A DNA stretch of 64,000 bases from Escherichia coli (GCF_024502345.1 NZ_JALDNN010000001.1), one strand, 5' to 3'. Shown: positions 11,594-21,647, numbered from the stretch's first letter. Translations and numbers: made by a program. Notes: generated from the letters alone by a model not told the origin.

Positions 11594-12280
11594 TTACTCT
11601 TCGCTAAACCAGTCGCTGTTTTCCTGGCGGATCTGGCGCACGGATTCGCTGATTTCCTGCAAATGTTGCGTCATTGCACGTTCTACCGCATCGCCATCAC
11701 GTTTTTGCAGGGCAGAGAAAATATCAAGATGCTGGCGTAACAGCATTTCTGGTGGAGAAACATGGTCGAAACTCATATAGCGCACGCGATCAACGGTCGC
11801 TTTCAGGTTCTCAATGGTATCCCACGCCAGTTGACAGTCGGCAATCTGCGTCAGGAGTTGATGGAAGTTGTCATCAAGTTCAAAAAAATCATCCAGTTGC
11901 TTGCGCTCAATGGCAATGCGTTGCTGGTGAAGATTTTGTTCCAGTTGGTAGCACTGGCTTTCGGTAATCATGCTCGCCGCCCGACGCGCCACCGCGCACT
12001 CAATGGCCTGACGGATAAAACTGCCGTTGCGCACCTGGGCCATGGAAATTTTGTTGACGTAGCTGCCACGCTGTGGACGAATTTGAATCAGGCCGTTTTC
12101 CGCCAGTTTAATAAAGGCTTCACGAACCGGCTGGCGTGACACATTGAAACGAACAGAAACTTCTTTTTCCGACAACGGTGTGCCTGGAGCAATCAGGCAA
12201 TGGACAATGTCGCGACGAAGGATACGATAAATTTGCTGATTGACAGGCTGTGTGGGATTAAGTTGCGTTTCGACGGTCAT
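11594..12280 (-). CDS. rspR: GntR/FadR-family transcriptional regulator RspR (YdfH)
   Basis: 228-aa ORF; N-terminal winged-HTH GntR signature and FCD-type C-terminal domain; position adjacent to rspAB-ydfJI. Confidence 0.85.
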
Positions 12281-12368
12281 TCGTTCTTGCTTGTGAGTGA
12301 GTTAACTGCATGAGTCTACCACTTTTTTGTGACAAGCAATAACCCGGCAGTTACGCCGGGTATAAAAA

Positions 12369-13115
12369 TTACTGACGGTGGACATTCAGTCCGGCATAGC
12401 TTTGGGTAACCGGCATCATTTCCAGGGTATTGATATTGACGTGAGCAGGCAGCGTTGACACCCACCAAACGGCTTCGCTGACATCTTCTGGCGTCAATGC
12501 AACGGTATTTTGATAGGTTTTTTCCGCTTTACCGTCATCGCCTTTAAAGCGGACATTGGAAAACTCGGTGCCACCCACCAGACCCGGTTCGATGTCGGTG
12601 ACGCGCACCGCCGTACCATGCAGGTCCGTACGCAGATTCAGGCTAAACTGACGAACAAACGCTTTCGTCGCACCGTAAACGTTACCACCGGCATACGGCC
12701 AGCTACCTGCCGTTGAGCCAATGTTAATAATATGACCATGATTACGTTCAACCATACCCGGTAAGACGGCGCGCGTCATATATACCAGGCCTTTGTTGTT
12801 GGTATCAATCATCGTTTCCCAGTCTTCAATGCTGGCTTTATGCGCAGGCTCCATGCCCAACGCCAGGCCGGCATTATTTACCAGGATATCAATATTGCTC
12901 CACTCGGCAGGGAGCGATGCCAGCATCTCTTCAATAGCGGCGCGGTTGCGAACGTCCAGTTGGGCGATGTACAGATTATCTCCCAGTTCGTCTTTTAACT
13001 CCTGCAACCGTTCCTGGCGACGGCCAGTGGCGATAACTTTATGCCCTTGTTGAATAAAACGACGAGTAATGCATTCACCAAAACCTGCCGTTGCTCCAGT
13101 TACTAAAACGATCAT
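12369..13115 (-). CDS. ydfG: NADP-dependent 3-hydroxy acid dehydrogenase (SDR family) YdfG
   Basis: ORF 12369..13130; Met at 13115 gives 248-aa MIVLVTGATAGFGECITRRF...; TGxxxGxG and YxxxK SDR motifs. Confidence 0.9.
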   Translation of the reverse strand: MIVLVTGATAGFGECITRRFIQQGHKVIATGRRQERLQELKDELGDNLYIAQLDVRNRAAIEEMLASLPAEWSNIDILVNNAGLALGMEPAHKASIEDWETMIDTNNKGLVYMTRAVLPGMVERNHGHIINIGSTAGSWPYAGGNVYGATKAFVRQFSLNLRTDLHGTAVRVTDIEPGLVGGTEFSNVRFKGDDGKAEKTYQNTVALTPEDVSEAVWWVSTLPAHVNINTLEMMPVTQSYAGLNVHRQ

Positions 13116-13251
13116 CTCACTGTTCCTCAACGCTTTTGTGTGTCAATAACATAGCACGTGATGCTTAAGAGCGGGTAATACTGGTTTGCAAGATTGCACT
13201 CCGTTATCAGTAAGCCTACGCTATGGAACACCTCGCGTTCAGGAGAAGAAA

Positions 13252-15297
13252 ATGACAACAATGAATCCTTTCCTTGTGCAAAGCACACTGCCGTATCTGG
13301 CTCCCCATTTTGATCAAATTGCCAATCATCACTATCGCCCGGCATTCGATGAGGGAATGCTGCAAAAGCGGGCAGAAATTGCTGCCATCGCGCTTAACCC
13401 GCAAACACCTGATTTCAATAATACTATTCTGGCACTGGAACAAAGCGGAGAATTACTTACCCGCGTTACCAGCGTCTTTTTTGCGATGACTGCGGCGCAT
13501 ACCAATGATGAATTACAGCGTCTTGATGAACAGTTTTCCGCTGAACTGGCGGAACTGGCTAATGATATCTATCTGAACGGTGAATTATTCGCGCGGGTAG
13601 ATGCTGTCTGGCAGCGCCGTGAATCCCTGGGGCTTGATAGTGAATCCATCCGCCTGGTGGAGGTGATTTATCAACGTTTTGTCCTTGCCGGAGCCAAACT
13701 TGCACAAGCTGATAAAGCAAAATTAAAAGTACTGAATACAGAAGCTGCGACACTGACCAGTCAGTTTAACCAGCGGTTACTGGCAGCAAATAAATCCGGC
13801 AGTCTGGTTGTGAACGATATCGCGCAGCTGGCAGGAATGAGTGAGCAAGAGATTGCGCTGGCGGCAGAGGCGGCTCGCGAGAAAGGTCTGGATAACAAAT
13901 GGCTGATTCCGCTGCTGAATACCACCCAACAACCGGCGCTTGCCGAAATGCGCGATCGTGCGACGCGTGAAAAACTGTTTATTGCGGGCTGGACGCGAGC
14001 GGAAAAAAGTGATGCCAATGATACCCGCGCTATCATTCAACGTCTGGTGGAGATCCGTGCACAACAGGCAACACTACTTGGTTTTCCTCATTATGCCGCA
14101 TGGAAAATCGCCGATCAGATGGCAAAAACACCTGAAGCAGCACTTAACTTTATGCGGGAAATTGTTCCAGCGGCGCGTCAACGTGCGAGCGATGAATTAG
14201 CCTCCATACAGGCGGTTATCGATAAGCAGCAAGGCGGGTTTAGCGCGCAGCCGTGGGACTGGGCATTTTATGCCGAACAGGTCCGGCGGGAGAAATTTGA
14301 TCTTGATGAGGCGCAGCTCAAGCCATATTTTGAATTAAACACGGTGTTGAATGAAGGTGTATTCTGGACCGCGAATCAGCTCTTCGGTATTAAGTTTGTC
14401 GAACGTTTTGATATTCCTGTCTACCATCCTGACGTTCGGGTGTGGGAAATTTTTGATCATAATGGCGTGGGGCTGGCGTTATTTTACGGTGATTTCTTCG
14501 CCCGTGATTCAAAAAGCGGCGGTGCATGGATGGGCAATTTTGTTGAGCAATCAACGCTTAATGAAACGCATCCGGTAATTTATAACGTCTGCAATTATCA
14601 GAAATCCGCTGCCGGTGAGCCTGCGTTGTTACTCTGGGATGATGTCATAACCTTATTCCATGAATTTGGTCATACGCTGCACGGCCTTTTTGCCCGCCAG
14701 CGTTATGCCACGCTCTCCGGCACCAACACGCCGCGTGATTTTGTCGAATTTCCGTCGCAAATCAACGAACACTGGGCAACGCATCCGCAGGTATTCGCTC
14801 GCTACGCCCGGCATTATCAGAGCGGGGCAGCAATGCCTGACGAACTGCAACAGAAAATGCGTAATGCCAGCCTGTTCAACAAAGGGTATGAGATGAGCGA
14901 ACTGCTTAGCGCCGCACTTCTCGATATGCGCTGGCATTGCCTGGAAGAAAACGAAGCAATGCAGGATGTCGATGATTTTGAATTGCGGGCGCTGGTGGCA
15001 GAAAATATGGATCTTCCTGCTATACCGCCACGCTATCGCAGCAGTTATTTTGCCCATATTTTTGGTGGCGGATATGCCGCAGGTTATTACGCTTATCTGT
15101 GGACGCAAATGTTGGCCGATGATGGTTACCAGTGGTTTGTTGAGCAGGGCGGATTAACGCGTGAAAATGGGCTGCGTTTTCGCGAGGCGATCCTTTCCAG
15201 AGGTAACAGCGAAGATCTGGAACGCCTGTATCGACAATGGCGCGGTAAGGCACCTCAGATTATGCCGATGCTGCAACATCGTGGCTTGAACATATAA
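13252..15297 (+). CDS. dcp: peptidyl-dipeptidase Dcp (M3 family zinc metallopeptidase)
   Basis: ORF 13186..15297; ATG 13252 after aggagaagaaa gives MTTMNPFLVQSTLPY...; HEFGH zinc-binding motif present. Confidence 0.9.
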   Translation: MTTMNPFLVQSTLPYLAPHFDQIANHHYRPAFDEGMLQKRAEIAAIALNPQTPDFNNTILALEQSGELLTRVTSVFFAMTAAHTNDELQRLDEQFSAELAELANDIYLNGELFARVDAVWQRRESLGLDSESIRLVEVIYQRFVLAGAKLAQADKAKLKVLNTEAATLTSQFNQRLLAANKSGSLVVNDIAQLAGMSEQEIALAAEAAREKGLDNKWLIPLLNTTQQPALAEMRDRATREKLFIAGWTRAEKSDANDTRAIIQRLVEIRAQQATLLGFPHYAAWKIADQMAKTPEAALNFMREIVPAARQRASDELASIQAVIDKQQGGFSAQPWDWAFYAEQVRREKFDLDEAQLKPYFELNTVLNEGVFWTANQLFGIKFVERFDIPVYHPDVRVWEIFDHNGVGLALFYGDFFARDSKSGGAWMGNFVEQSTLNETHPVIYNVCNYQKSAAGEPALLLWDDVITLFHEFGHTLHGLFARQRYATLSGTNTPRDFVEFPSQINEHWATHPQVFARYARHYQSGAAMPDELQQKMRNASLFNKGYEMSELLSAALLDMRWHCLEENEAMQDVDDFELRALVAENMDLPAIPPRYRSSYFAHIFGGGYAAGYYAYLWTQMLADDGYQWFVEQGGLTRENGLRFREAILSRGNSEDLERLYRQWRGKAPQIMPMLQHRGLNI

Positions 15298-15308
15298 ACA
15301 CCACCAAT

Positions 15309-15338
15309 GGCTGGACTGGAGATATCGCCAGTCCAGCC
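15309..15338. terminator. 11-bp perfect hairpin between convergent dcp and ydeJ (probable bidirectional terminator, no strong U-tract)
   Basis: ggctggactgg / ccagtccagcc inverted repeat with 8-nt loop. Confidence 0.4.
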
Positions 15339-15341
15339 TGG

Positions 15342-15860
15342 TTATAGCAGTAATTGCAGCAGCTGGGCGAGGGCAAACCTCACCGCTATAGCTAATACCG
15401 TTTCGCAGTCGCCAGCAAAATGCATAACCGCAGTGTAGTTCTGGCCTTTAATATGCCACGCGAACCAGACGGTACCCGCTGGCGTACCATCTTCACCGCC
15501 CTCCGGTCCGCCGTAGCCGGTAATGGCAATACTGACATCAGCATCCGCACGCTCTATGGCACCGGTTGCCATTTCTGCTGCCACTTTCTCACTCACCGCA
15601 GAATATCGTTCAAGAGATTGCTGGCTTACGCTGAGGATTTTCATCTTTGCCTGATCGGTGAAAGTAACAAAGCCTGCACCGTAAAATTTGGGGGTATCTT
15701 CAGCTGCACACAGTGCGCTAGCCAACTTACCACCGGTGCATGATTCGGCGGTAGTTAAGCGTAATTGATCCGCGATAAGTCTTTGACTCAATGCGGATGT
15801 CAGGTTTTCAATAGTGTCGGTATCTGCGAGTTGTACAATTTTATCTTTATTAATGTTCAC
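15342..15860 (-). CDS. ydeJ: CinA C-terminal domain-family protein YdeJ (PncC-like amidohydrolase fold)
   Basis: 172-aa ORF; CinA-like signature ...TAESCTGG...; position as in K-12. Confidence 0.8.
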   Translation of the reverse strand: MNINKDKIVQLADTDTIENLTSALSQRLIADQLRLTTAESCTGGKLASALCAAEDTPKFYGAGFVTFTDQAKMKILSVSQQSLERYSAVSEKVAAEMATGAIERADADVSIAITGYGGPEGGEDGTPAGTVWFAWHIKGQNYTAVMHFAGDCETVLAIAVRFALAQLLQLLL

Positions 15861-16135
15861 TGTTTTTTGTCCACGCTATTATATGTAAAGGTGATTTGCT
15901 TTTTCTGTATGCTCGTCCAATATAATAATTTTCAAACATATAAATCCGATTATTCTGAAAATATGTTTAAGACTCTTCAATCTTCTTAACTTTAGTGAGT
16001 TAAATTCTCTGAATATTTGACAGCTAGTTGGCTGATTTTAAATGCCTTATAACAATTGGTAGTATTCTTATTTGGCAATTATAAAAATAGCAACCAGACT
16101 TAATAAGTCAAACCAAACGCAATTAAGGAGTTAGT

Positions 16136-16528
16136 ATGAAATTTCAGGCCATTGTATTAGCAAGTTTTCTTGTCATGCCTTATGCGTTGGCAGATGACCA
16201 GGGCGGTTTAAAACAGGATGCAGCGCCACCGCCGCCTCATGCAATAGAAGATGGCTATCGCGGAACCGATGATGCAAAAAAAATGACCGTTGATTTCGCA
16301 AAAACCATGCACGATGGCGCTTCGGTTTCACTACGCGGTAATTTGATTTCTCACAAAGGAGAGGACCGTTACGTTTTTCGCGATAAGAGCGGTGAAATTA
16401 ATGTTGTTATTCCTGCGGCCGTTTTTGATGGTCGAGAAGTTCAGCCGGACCAGATGATCAACATTAGCGGCAGTCTGGATAAGAAAAGCGCGCCGGCCAT
16501 TGTTCGGGTCACTCATTTGCAGAAATAA
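16136..16528 (+). CDS. ydeI: periplasmic OB-fold (BOF/YgiW family) stress protein YdeI
   Basis: 130-aa ORF with signal peptide [19 protein letters not shown]. Confidence 0.8.
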   Translation: MKFQAIVLASFLVMPYALADDQGGLKQDAAPPPPHAIEDGYRGTDDAKKMTVDFAKTMHDGASVSLRGNLISHKGEDRYVFRDKSGEINVVIPAAVFDGREVQPDQMINISGSLDKKSAPAIVRVTHLQK

Positions 16529-16782
16529 AAATAAATTAGCCTGATGGCCTGAACTACTGGGCCATTAGGGTATTGGGTTATGCTTTTTGTCATCCTTTTA
16601 TTTACGATAATGCAGAGGTAATTTACAGAATTAAACACTTTTTTATCCGCTGATTTTGTTTTAAATCACAATGTTATCTCAGATATGACTCATAACTTCG
16701 GATTTCTATGAAAATATTGACGTAATTTTGCTTTTCTCTCGTTAGAATAGCGCGCACAAGGAACTGTGAAAAAGGAGTGGCA

Positions 16783-17673
16783 ATGATCAAGAAGACAACG
16801 GAAATTGATGCCATCTTGTTAAATCTCAATAAGGCTATCGATGCCCACTACCAGTGGCTGGTGAGTATGTTTCACAGCGTGGTCGCGAGAGATGCCAGTA
16901 AGCCAGAAATAACGGATAACCATTCTTATGGACTGTGCCAGTTTGGTCGGTGGATTGATCATCTGGGGCCACTCGATAACGATGAATTACCTTACGTTCG
17001 GCTAATGGATTCTGCCCATCAACATATGCATAACTGTGGTCGGGAATTAATGCTGGCTATTGTTGAAAATCACTGGCAGGACGCGCATTTCGCCGCTTTT
17101 CAGGAAGGGTTACTTTCTTTTACTGCGGCATTAACCGATTACAAAATTTATTTGCTGACGATCCGTAGCAATATGGATGTTTTGACGGGATTGCCGGGGC
17201 GTCGGGTTCTTGATGAATCCTTTGATCATCAGTTACGCAACACTGAGCCTCTGAATCTTTATTTAATGTTGTTGGATATTGACCGATTTAAATTGGTTAA
17301 TGATACCTACGGGCATTTAATCGGCGATGTAGTATTACGCACCCTGGCAACTTACTTAGCCAGTTGGACGCGTGATTACGAAACGGTTTATCGCTACGGG
17401 GGCGAAGAATTTATCATTATTGTCAAAGCGGCTAATGATGAAGAAGCATGTCGTGCAGGTGTCAGAATTTGCCAGTTAGTCGATAACCATGCCATCACAC
17501 ATTCTGAAGGGCATATCAACATTACCGTGACAGCAGGTGTCAGTCGCGCATTTCCTCAAGAGCCTCTGGATGTGGTCATTGGAAGAGCAGACCGGGCAAT
17601 GTATGAGGGTAAGCAAACCGGAAGAAATCGCTGCATGTTTATTGACGAACAAAACGTGATTAACCGAGTTTAA
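16783..17673 (+). CDS. dgcZ: zinc-sensing diguanylate cyclase DgcZ (CZB + GGDEF)
   Basis: ORF 16777..17673; ATG 16783 after aaaaaggagtgg gives MIKKTTEIDAILLNL...; RYGGEEF active-site motif. Confidence 0.9.
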   Translation: MIKKTTEIDAILLNLNKAIDAHYQWLVSMFHSVVARDASKPEITDNHSYGLCQFGRWIDHLGPLDNDELPYVRLMDSAHQHMHNCGRELMLAIVENHWQDAHFAAFQEGLLSFTAALTDYKIYLLTIRSNMDVLTGLPGRRVLDESFDHQLRNTEPLNLYLMLLDIDRFKLVNDTYGHLIGDVVLRTLATYLASWTRDYETVYRYGGEEFIIIVKAANDEEACRAGVRICQLVDNHAITHSEGHINITVTAGVSRAFPQEPLDVVIGRADRAMYEGKQTGRNRCMFIDEQNVINRV

Positions 17674-17683
17674 GCTCCGTTTA
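17667..17683 (+). promoter_or_regulatory. candidate PhoP box (aGTTTA-N5-cGTTTA direct repeat) overlapping the dgcZ stop codon
   Basis: Direct hexamer repeat gtttaa at 17668..17673 and 17679..17684 separated by 5 nt; consensus (T/G)GTTTA-N5-(T/G)GTTTA from established knowledge. Confidence 0.45.
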
Positions 17684-17711
17684 ACATTCATTGAGAAAAC
17701 TGATGCTACTG

Positions 17712-17816
17712 TGTCAACGATCCGTTATCAGTGCAGGAAAATGCCTGTTAGCGTAAAAGCAAAACACAAATCTATCCATGCAAGCATTCACCGCCGGTTT
17801 ACTGGCGGTTTTTTTT
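17712..17816 (+). ncRNA. mgrR: candidate MgrR sRNA (PhoP-activated, Hfq-dependent); 5' end approximate
   Basis: About 100 nt between PhoP-like box and a strong intrinsic terminator (ccgccgg-ttta-ctggcgg + T8) at 17791..17816; no ORF; K-12 synteny dgcZ-mgrR-mgtS. Confidence 0.45.
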
Positions 17817-17820
17817 CGCC

Positions 17821-17864
17821 GTCATAAAAATCAGGCCCCTTGTACACAACTGTAACAAGGGGCC
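17821..17864 (-). terminator. intrinsic terminator of mgtS (10-bp stem ggccccttgt/acaaggggcc, U-tract on minus strand)
   Basis: Hairpin 17834..17864; plus-strand aaaaa at 17826..17830 gives U-run downstream on minus strand. Confidence 0.6.
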
Positions 17865-17891
17865 GGTTAGGTGAGGGATTATCTCCGTTCA

Positions 17892-17987
17892 TTAGTCATC
17901 CCATTTGTGGCTGAAATACGCGGCCAGAAAACCAGAAAATAAAATTATTCCCAGTACGGCCATAAAAACATTCATATTACCCAGCAT
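17892..17987 (-). CDS. mgtS: 31-aa small inner-membrane protein MgtS (YneM), PhoP-regulated MgtA stabiliser
   Basis: Hand translation of minus strand: ATG..TAA gives MLGNMNVFMAVLGIILFSGFLAAYFSHKWDD; GGAGG RBS 6 nt upstream; not in ORF track (too short). Confidence 0.85.
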   Translation of the reverse strand: MLGNMNVFMAVLGIILFSGFLAAYFSHKWDD

Positions 17988-18113
17988 TATTTGCCTCCGT
18001 TTATGGTGTGGTGTGTTTCCTCGCTTACCTTAATTTTCATCTCAATGAGAAACATATTAGCAGAGGTAACCTAAACGAAGGCTGAATTAAATTTTTATTG
18101 TGTTCGACTTAAA

Positions 18114-19301
18114 TCAACAAAGCGCGGGCTGCCTCCACGGTCTTGCACGAATCCCTTTTAACATCAGTACCCACGCAGCAATAATCACCAACGCTAAGAT
18201 GATAAACAGCGAGGAAGGCGGCAGGTTGGTTAGCACTAGGCCACTCACTAATGGGTTAATTGCGGCACCAAGCCAGCCTAAAGACTGGGCGGAAAAATAG
18301 CTGGCTTTCATTCCTGGCGGCGCAATATGGTCAATCAACATATACTCGCCCGGCGCATAAATGATTTCACCGACAGTAAATACCGCAGCTGACATACCCC
18401 ACAATAGCAGGCTGTTGCCGGAAAAAATAAAACCGACCAGACCGATGACGAAACAGAGGGTGCCTGCTGTCATCAGCGCGCGGATGTTAGCCGGGTTAAG
18501 TCGGTGGCCCACGGAATATTGCAACGTAACCACCATGGCAGCATTCACCGGAAGAACAACCGCGACCACCTTTTCGGCAAAATCCCCATCAGCAATCACC
18601 ATCACATATTGTGAGATGCATGAAGCAAATGCGCCACTAACAAAAGAAGCCAGAAAGCCAGAGCAGGTAAACCACAACAGTGCTTTATCTTGTAATAAAA
18701 CTTTCGGCGACCAGACACTGCCTGTTTCCGTGGCGATGATTTTCTCGCTGCGCTTTACCCAAATTTGAATGAAAAGCATGGGAAACGCGGAACAGATAGC
18801 TGCCAGCCAAAAGGGCAGATTGATGCTCTGCATCACCAACAGCGTGCCGAGCGGCGGACCGATGGTCCAGCCAATGTTGAGCATGGTGTAGTTGATTGAG
18901 AAGATTTTCGTTTTGCTGGTGGACGAAAGATTGTCGGCAAACCAGGCTTTCAACACGGTAGCAAAAACGGAATAGGCACAGTTAATGAGGGCAAAAAAGA
19001 GCACCACCAGCGTTACGTTATTCACTAAAGGAATGGCAATAAAACCGCTGGCGAAGGCGGTAATTGCCAGTAACATATAGCGTTTCTTGTCGAACTTATC
19101 CGCCAGGATACCAAAACCGAGGCTAAAAACGACGCCAATAGTGAGCGCAATTGTCATCGCATAACCGATTAGATCGACACTCAGGCTGTACTGGCGACTC
19201 AAGTAAATGGTCATAAATGGCAGCGTAGCGCCGCGTCCGATGGTTAATAACAACGACGAGGCAAGAAGGGCGCTGGTAGAGCGTCGTAGGGATAAGTTCA
19301 T
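18114..19301 (-). CDS. ydeE: MFS efflux transporter YdeE (dipeptide exporter)
   Basis: 395-aa ORF with 12 predicted TM helices; position between mgtS and eamA. Confidence 0.85.
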   Translation of the reverse strand: MNLSLRRSTSALLASSLLLTIGRGATLPFMTIYLSRQYSLSVDLIGYAMTIALTIGVVFSLGFGILADKFDKKRYMLLAITAFASGFIAIPLVNNVTLVVLFFALINCAYSVFATVLKAWFADNLSSTSKTKIFSINYTMLNIGWTIGPPLGTLLVMQSINLPFWLAAICSAFPMLFIQIWVKRSEKIIATETGSVWSPKVLLQDKALLWFTCSGFLASFVSGAFASCISQYVMVIADGDFAEKVVAVVLPVNAAMVVTLQYSVGHRLNPANIRALMTAGTLCFVIGLVGFIFSGNSLLLWGMSAAVFTVGEIIYAPGEYMLIDHIAPPGMKASYFSAQSLGWLGAAINPLVSGLVLTNLPPSSLFIILALVIIAAWVLMLKGIRARPWRQPALC

Positions 19302-19495
19302 TTGTCTGTCCGGCAGTGTGTTTCGTTATGTTTTGTTTTAGAGATGTAAAGAAATAGCATGGCAAAAATCCGAAGTATAGCGACTTATTTGCGCATTAAT
19401 GCCGTCGTAACCGGCGACTAACGAATCAACTGTTAAAGAAAAGTAAATTCAGCTAAGTTGATTGCTTACAAAAGATGAAATTCAGAGGCGGTTGA

Positions 19496-20395
19496 ATGTC
19501 GCGAAAAGATGGGGTGTTGGCGCTACTGGTAGTGGTCGTATGGGGGCTAAATTTTGTGGTTATCAAATTGGGGCTTCATAACATGCCACCGCTGATGCTG
19601 GCCGGTTTGCGCTTTATGCTGGTCGCTTTTCCGGCCATCTTTTTTGTCGCACGACCGAAAGTACCACTGAATTTGCTGTTGGGGTATGGATTAACCATCA
19701 GCTTTGCGCAGTTTGCCTTTCTGTTCTGCGCCATTAACTTTGGTATGCCTGCTGGACTGGCTTCGCTGGTGTTACAGGCACAGGCGTTTTTTACTATCGT
19801 GCTTGGCGCGTTTACTTTCGGTGAGCGACTGCATGGCAAACAATTGGCGGGGATCGCCTTAGCGATTTTTGGCGTACTGGTGTTAATCGAAGATAGTCTG
19901 AACGGTCAGCATGTGGCGATGCTCGGCTTTATGTTGACCCTGGCGGCAGCATTTAGTTGGGCGTGTGGCAACATCTTCAATAAAAAGATCATGTCGCACG
20001 CAACGCGTCCGGCGGTGATGTCGCTGGTAATCTGGAGCGCATTAATCCCAATCATTCCCTTCTTTGTTGCCTCGCTGATTCTCGATGGTTCCGCAACCAT
20101 GATTCACAGTCTGGTCACTATCGATATGACCACTATCTTGTCTCTGATGTATCTGGCTTTTGTGGCGACAATTGTTGGTTATGGGATCTGGGGAACACTA
20201 CTTGGACGCTATGAAACCTGGCGGGTTGCACCGTTATCGTTACTGGTGCCTGTAGTCGGACTGGCAAGTGCGGCACTATTGTTGGATGAACGCTTAACGG
20301 GTCTGCAATTTTTCGGTGCGGTGCTCATTATGACCGGGCTGTATATCAATGTATTTGGCTTGCGGTGGCGTAAAGCGGTAAAGGTTAGAGGCTAA
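19496..20395 (+). CDS. eamA: cysteine/O-acetylserine exporter EamA (DMT superfamily)
   Basis: 299-aa ORF MSRKDGVLALLVVVVWGLNFVVIKLGLHNMPPLMLAGLRF... with two EamA repeats. Confidence 0.9.
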   Translation: MSRKDGVLALLVVVVWGLNFVVIKLGLHNMPPLMLAGLRFMLVAFPAIFFVARPKVPLNLLLGYGLTISFAQFAFLFCAINFGMPAGLASLVLQAQAFFTIVLGAFTFGERLHGKQLAGIALAIFGVLVLIEDSLNGQHVAMLGFMLTLAAAFSWACGNIFNKKIMSHATRPAVMSLVIWSALIPIIPFFVASLILDGSATMIHSLVTIDMTTILSLMYLAFVATIVGYGIWGTLLGRYETWRVAPLSLLVPVVGLASAALLLDERLTGLQFFGAVLIMTGLYINVFGLRWRKAVKVRG

Positions 20396-20400
20396 ACCAT

Positions 20401-20433
20401 ACGCACAGAATGTGATGTCAGCACTCTGTGCGT
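20401..20433. terminator. hairpin between convergent eamA and island regulator (acgcacaga / tctgtgcgt)
   Basis: 9-bp inverted repeat with 15-nt loop followed by ctgcttta. Confidence 0.35.
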
Positions 20434-20438
20434 CTGCT

Positions 20439-21137
20439 TTATCGCGGGAAAAAGTACTTTACCTGGAACTCGAAAATATTGCTGTAAAGTAACGAATAAT
20501 CCAGCGGAACAGAGTTACTGTCCACAGCCTGGGTCTGAATTTTAAGTATGGGATCCCGTGGGCTGATCCGTAAAATACTGGCGATTTCTGGGGTAGGAAA
20601 AGTAGGGGAGAAAGTTTCAAAGGTGCCAATGATTTTGATCCCGCATTCGTTCTCAATATACGAAAATTTGGATTTTTGCATATGTGCTACGGTTAAATCA
20701 GGAAAACGTGCCACTGACATCCACGTTTCTTCTAATTGTGCTGCATTATCCTCAATGAATCGCAGTCTCTTTATGTAATAAACCTGCTCACCAGTTACTA
20801 AATTCAGCTCAGTCGCAATAGTAGGTGAAGCATCCTGCACTTCAAATTTCATAATCTGACTCCCTGCCTCTTTGCCGCTTTTATGCGCAATTTCACTGAA
20901 ACTGTTCATGTGATCAATGTGTGCAACAAAATTCTTTTTTTGAATGTATGTTCCTGAACCATGCTTTCTGTGAATAATTCCTTCGCCTTCCAGCAAGGAT
21001 AATGCCTTACGCAGGGTATTACGCGAAACATTATAACGAACTGCGAGTTCAGCTTCTGATGGCAACAAATCACCAACATGCCATGAATAGCCATTGATCT
21101 CGGATTTAAGTAAGCGGGCAATCTTTTGAAAAATCAC
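20439..21137 (-). CDS. GntR/HutC-family transcriptional regulator (winged HTH + UTRA effector domain)
   Basis: 232-aa ORF; N-terminal ...LPSEAELAVRYNVSRNTLRKALSLLEGEGIIHRKHGSGTYI GntR signature; divergent from PTS operon. Confidence 0.8.
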   Translation of the reverse strand: MIFQKIARLLKSEINGYSWHVGDLLPSEAELAVRYNVSRNTLRKALSLLEGEGIIHRKHGSGTYIQKKNFVAHIDHMNSFSEIAHKSGKEAGSQIMKFEVQDASPTIATELNLVTGEQVYYIKRLRFIEDNAAQLEETWMSVARFPDLTVAHMQKSKFSYIENECGIKIIGTFETFSPTFPTPEIASILRISPRDPILKIQTQAVDSNSVPLDYSLLYSNIFEFQVKYFFPR

Positions 21138-21335
21138 TTTTGCACCTTTTAAGAGCCATTGAAAACAAGGGGTTGAGTCCTGATTGGTTTATCGTATGGC
21201 CGAGTCGTTTAATTAACACCCTGATGTTGAACAACTTTATTACTGTATTACTGTGATCAATGTACCAGGATGTATAGCTACTGCGGGATATGATATTTAC
21301 ACAATGTAGTCTGTTATATACCAGTAAGGGAAAAT

Positions 21336-21647
21336 ATGAAAAAGATATTGTTAGTTTGCGCTGCGGGCATGTCAACCAGTATGCTGGTTAAACGTATGAT
21401 TGATCATGCTAACGCTATTTCACTTGAAGTTAATATTTCCGCATTGGCGATTGCAGAGGCTAAAGGGAAAATTAAAAATAACGAAGTTGATGTTGTTTTA
21501 CTTGGCCCGCAAGTTCGCTTTCAGAAACCGGAGATTGAAGCCGTTGCACAGGGGAAAATGCCTGTATCCGTTATCGAGATGAAAGACTATGGCACCATGA
21601 ACGGACAGGCAGTTCTTGAATTTGCGATGAAACTACTGCAAGAGTAA
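21336..21647 (+). CDS. PTS lactose/cellobiose-family EIIB component
   Basis: 103-aa ORF MKKILLVCAAGMSTSMLVKRM... with phospho-Cys motif CAAGMSTS. Confidence 0.85.
   Translation: MKKILLVCAAGMSTSMLVKRMIDHANAISLEVNISALAIAEAKGKIKNNEVDVVLLGPQVRFQKPEIEAVAQGKMPVSVIEMKDYGTMNGQAVLEFAMKLLQE

Noticed and set aside
13186-13251. Upstream extension of the dcp ORF (start at 13186)
   Set aside because: The ATG at 13252 is preceded by an aggag RBS and gives the canonical MTTMNPF... N-terminus; the extension overlaps the ydfG promoter region.
16717-16748. Possible sigma70 promoter for dgcZ (ttgacg ... tagaat)
   Set aside because: Spacer between the hexamers is about 20 bp, too long for a standard promoter; left unannotated.
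17988-18080. PhoP box upstream of mgtS
   Set aside because: Only imperfect half-sites (GTTTAG ... GTTTCT with wrong spacing) were visible; not confident enough to annotate although PhoP regulation is expected.
18361-18768. 135-aa plus-strand ORF inside ydeE, and similar ORFs inside lsrD/lsrC/lsrA (e.g. 42388..42687, 43394..43771, 45182..45645)
   Set aside because: Antisense to long membrane or ABC-protein genes with strong family signatures; no independent support.
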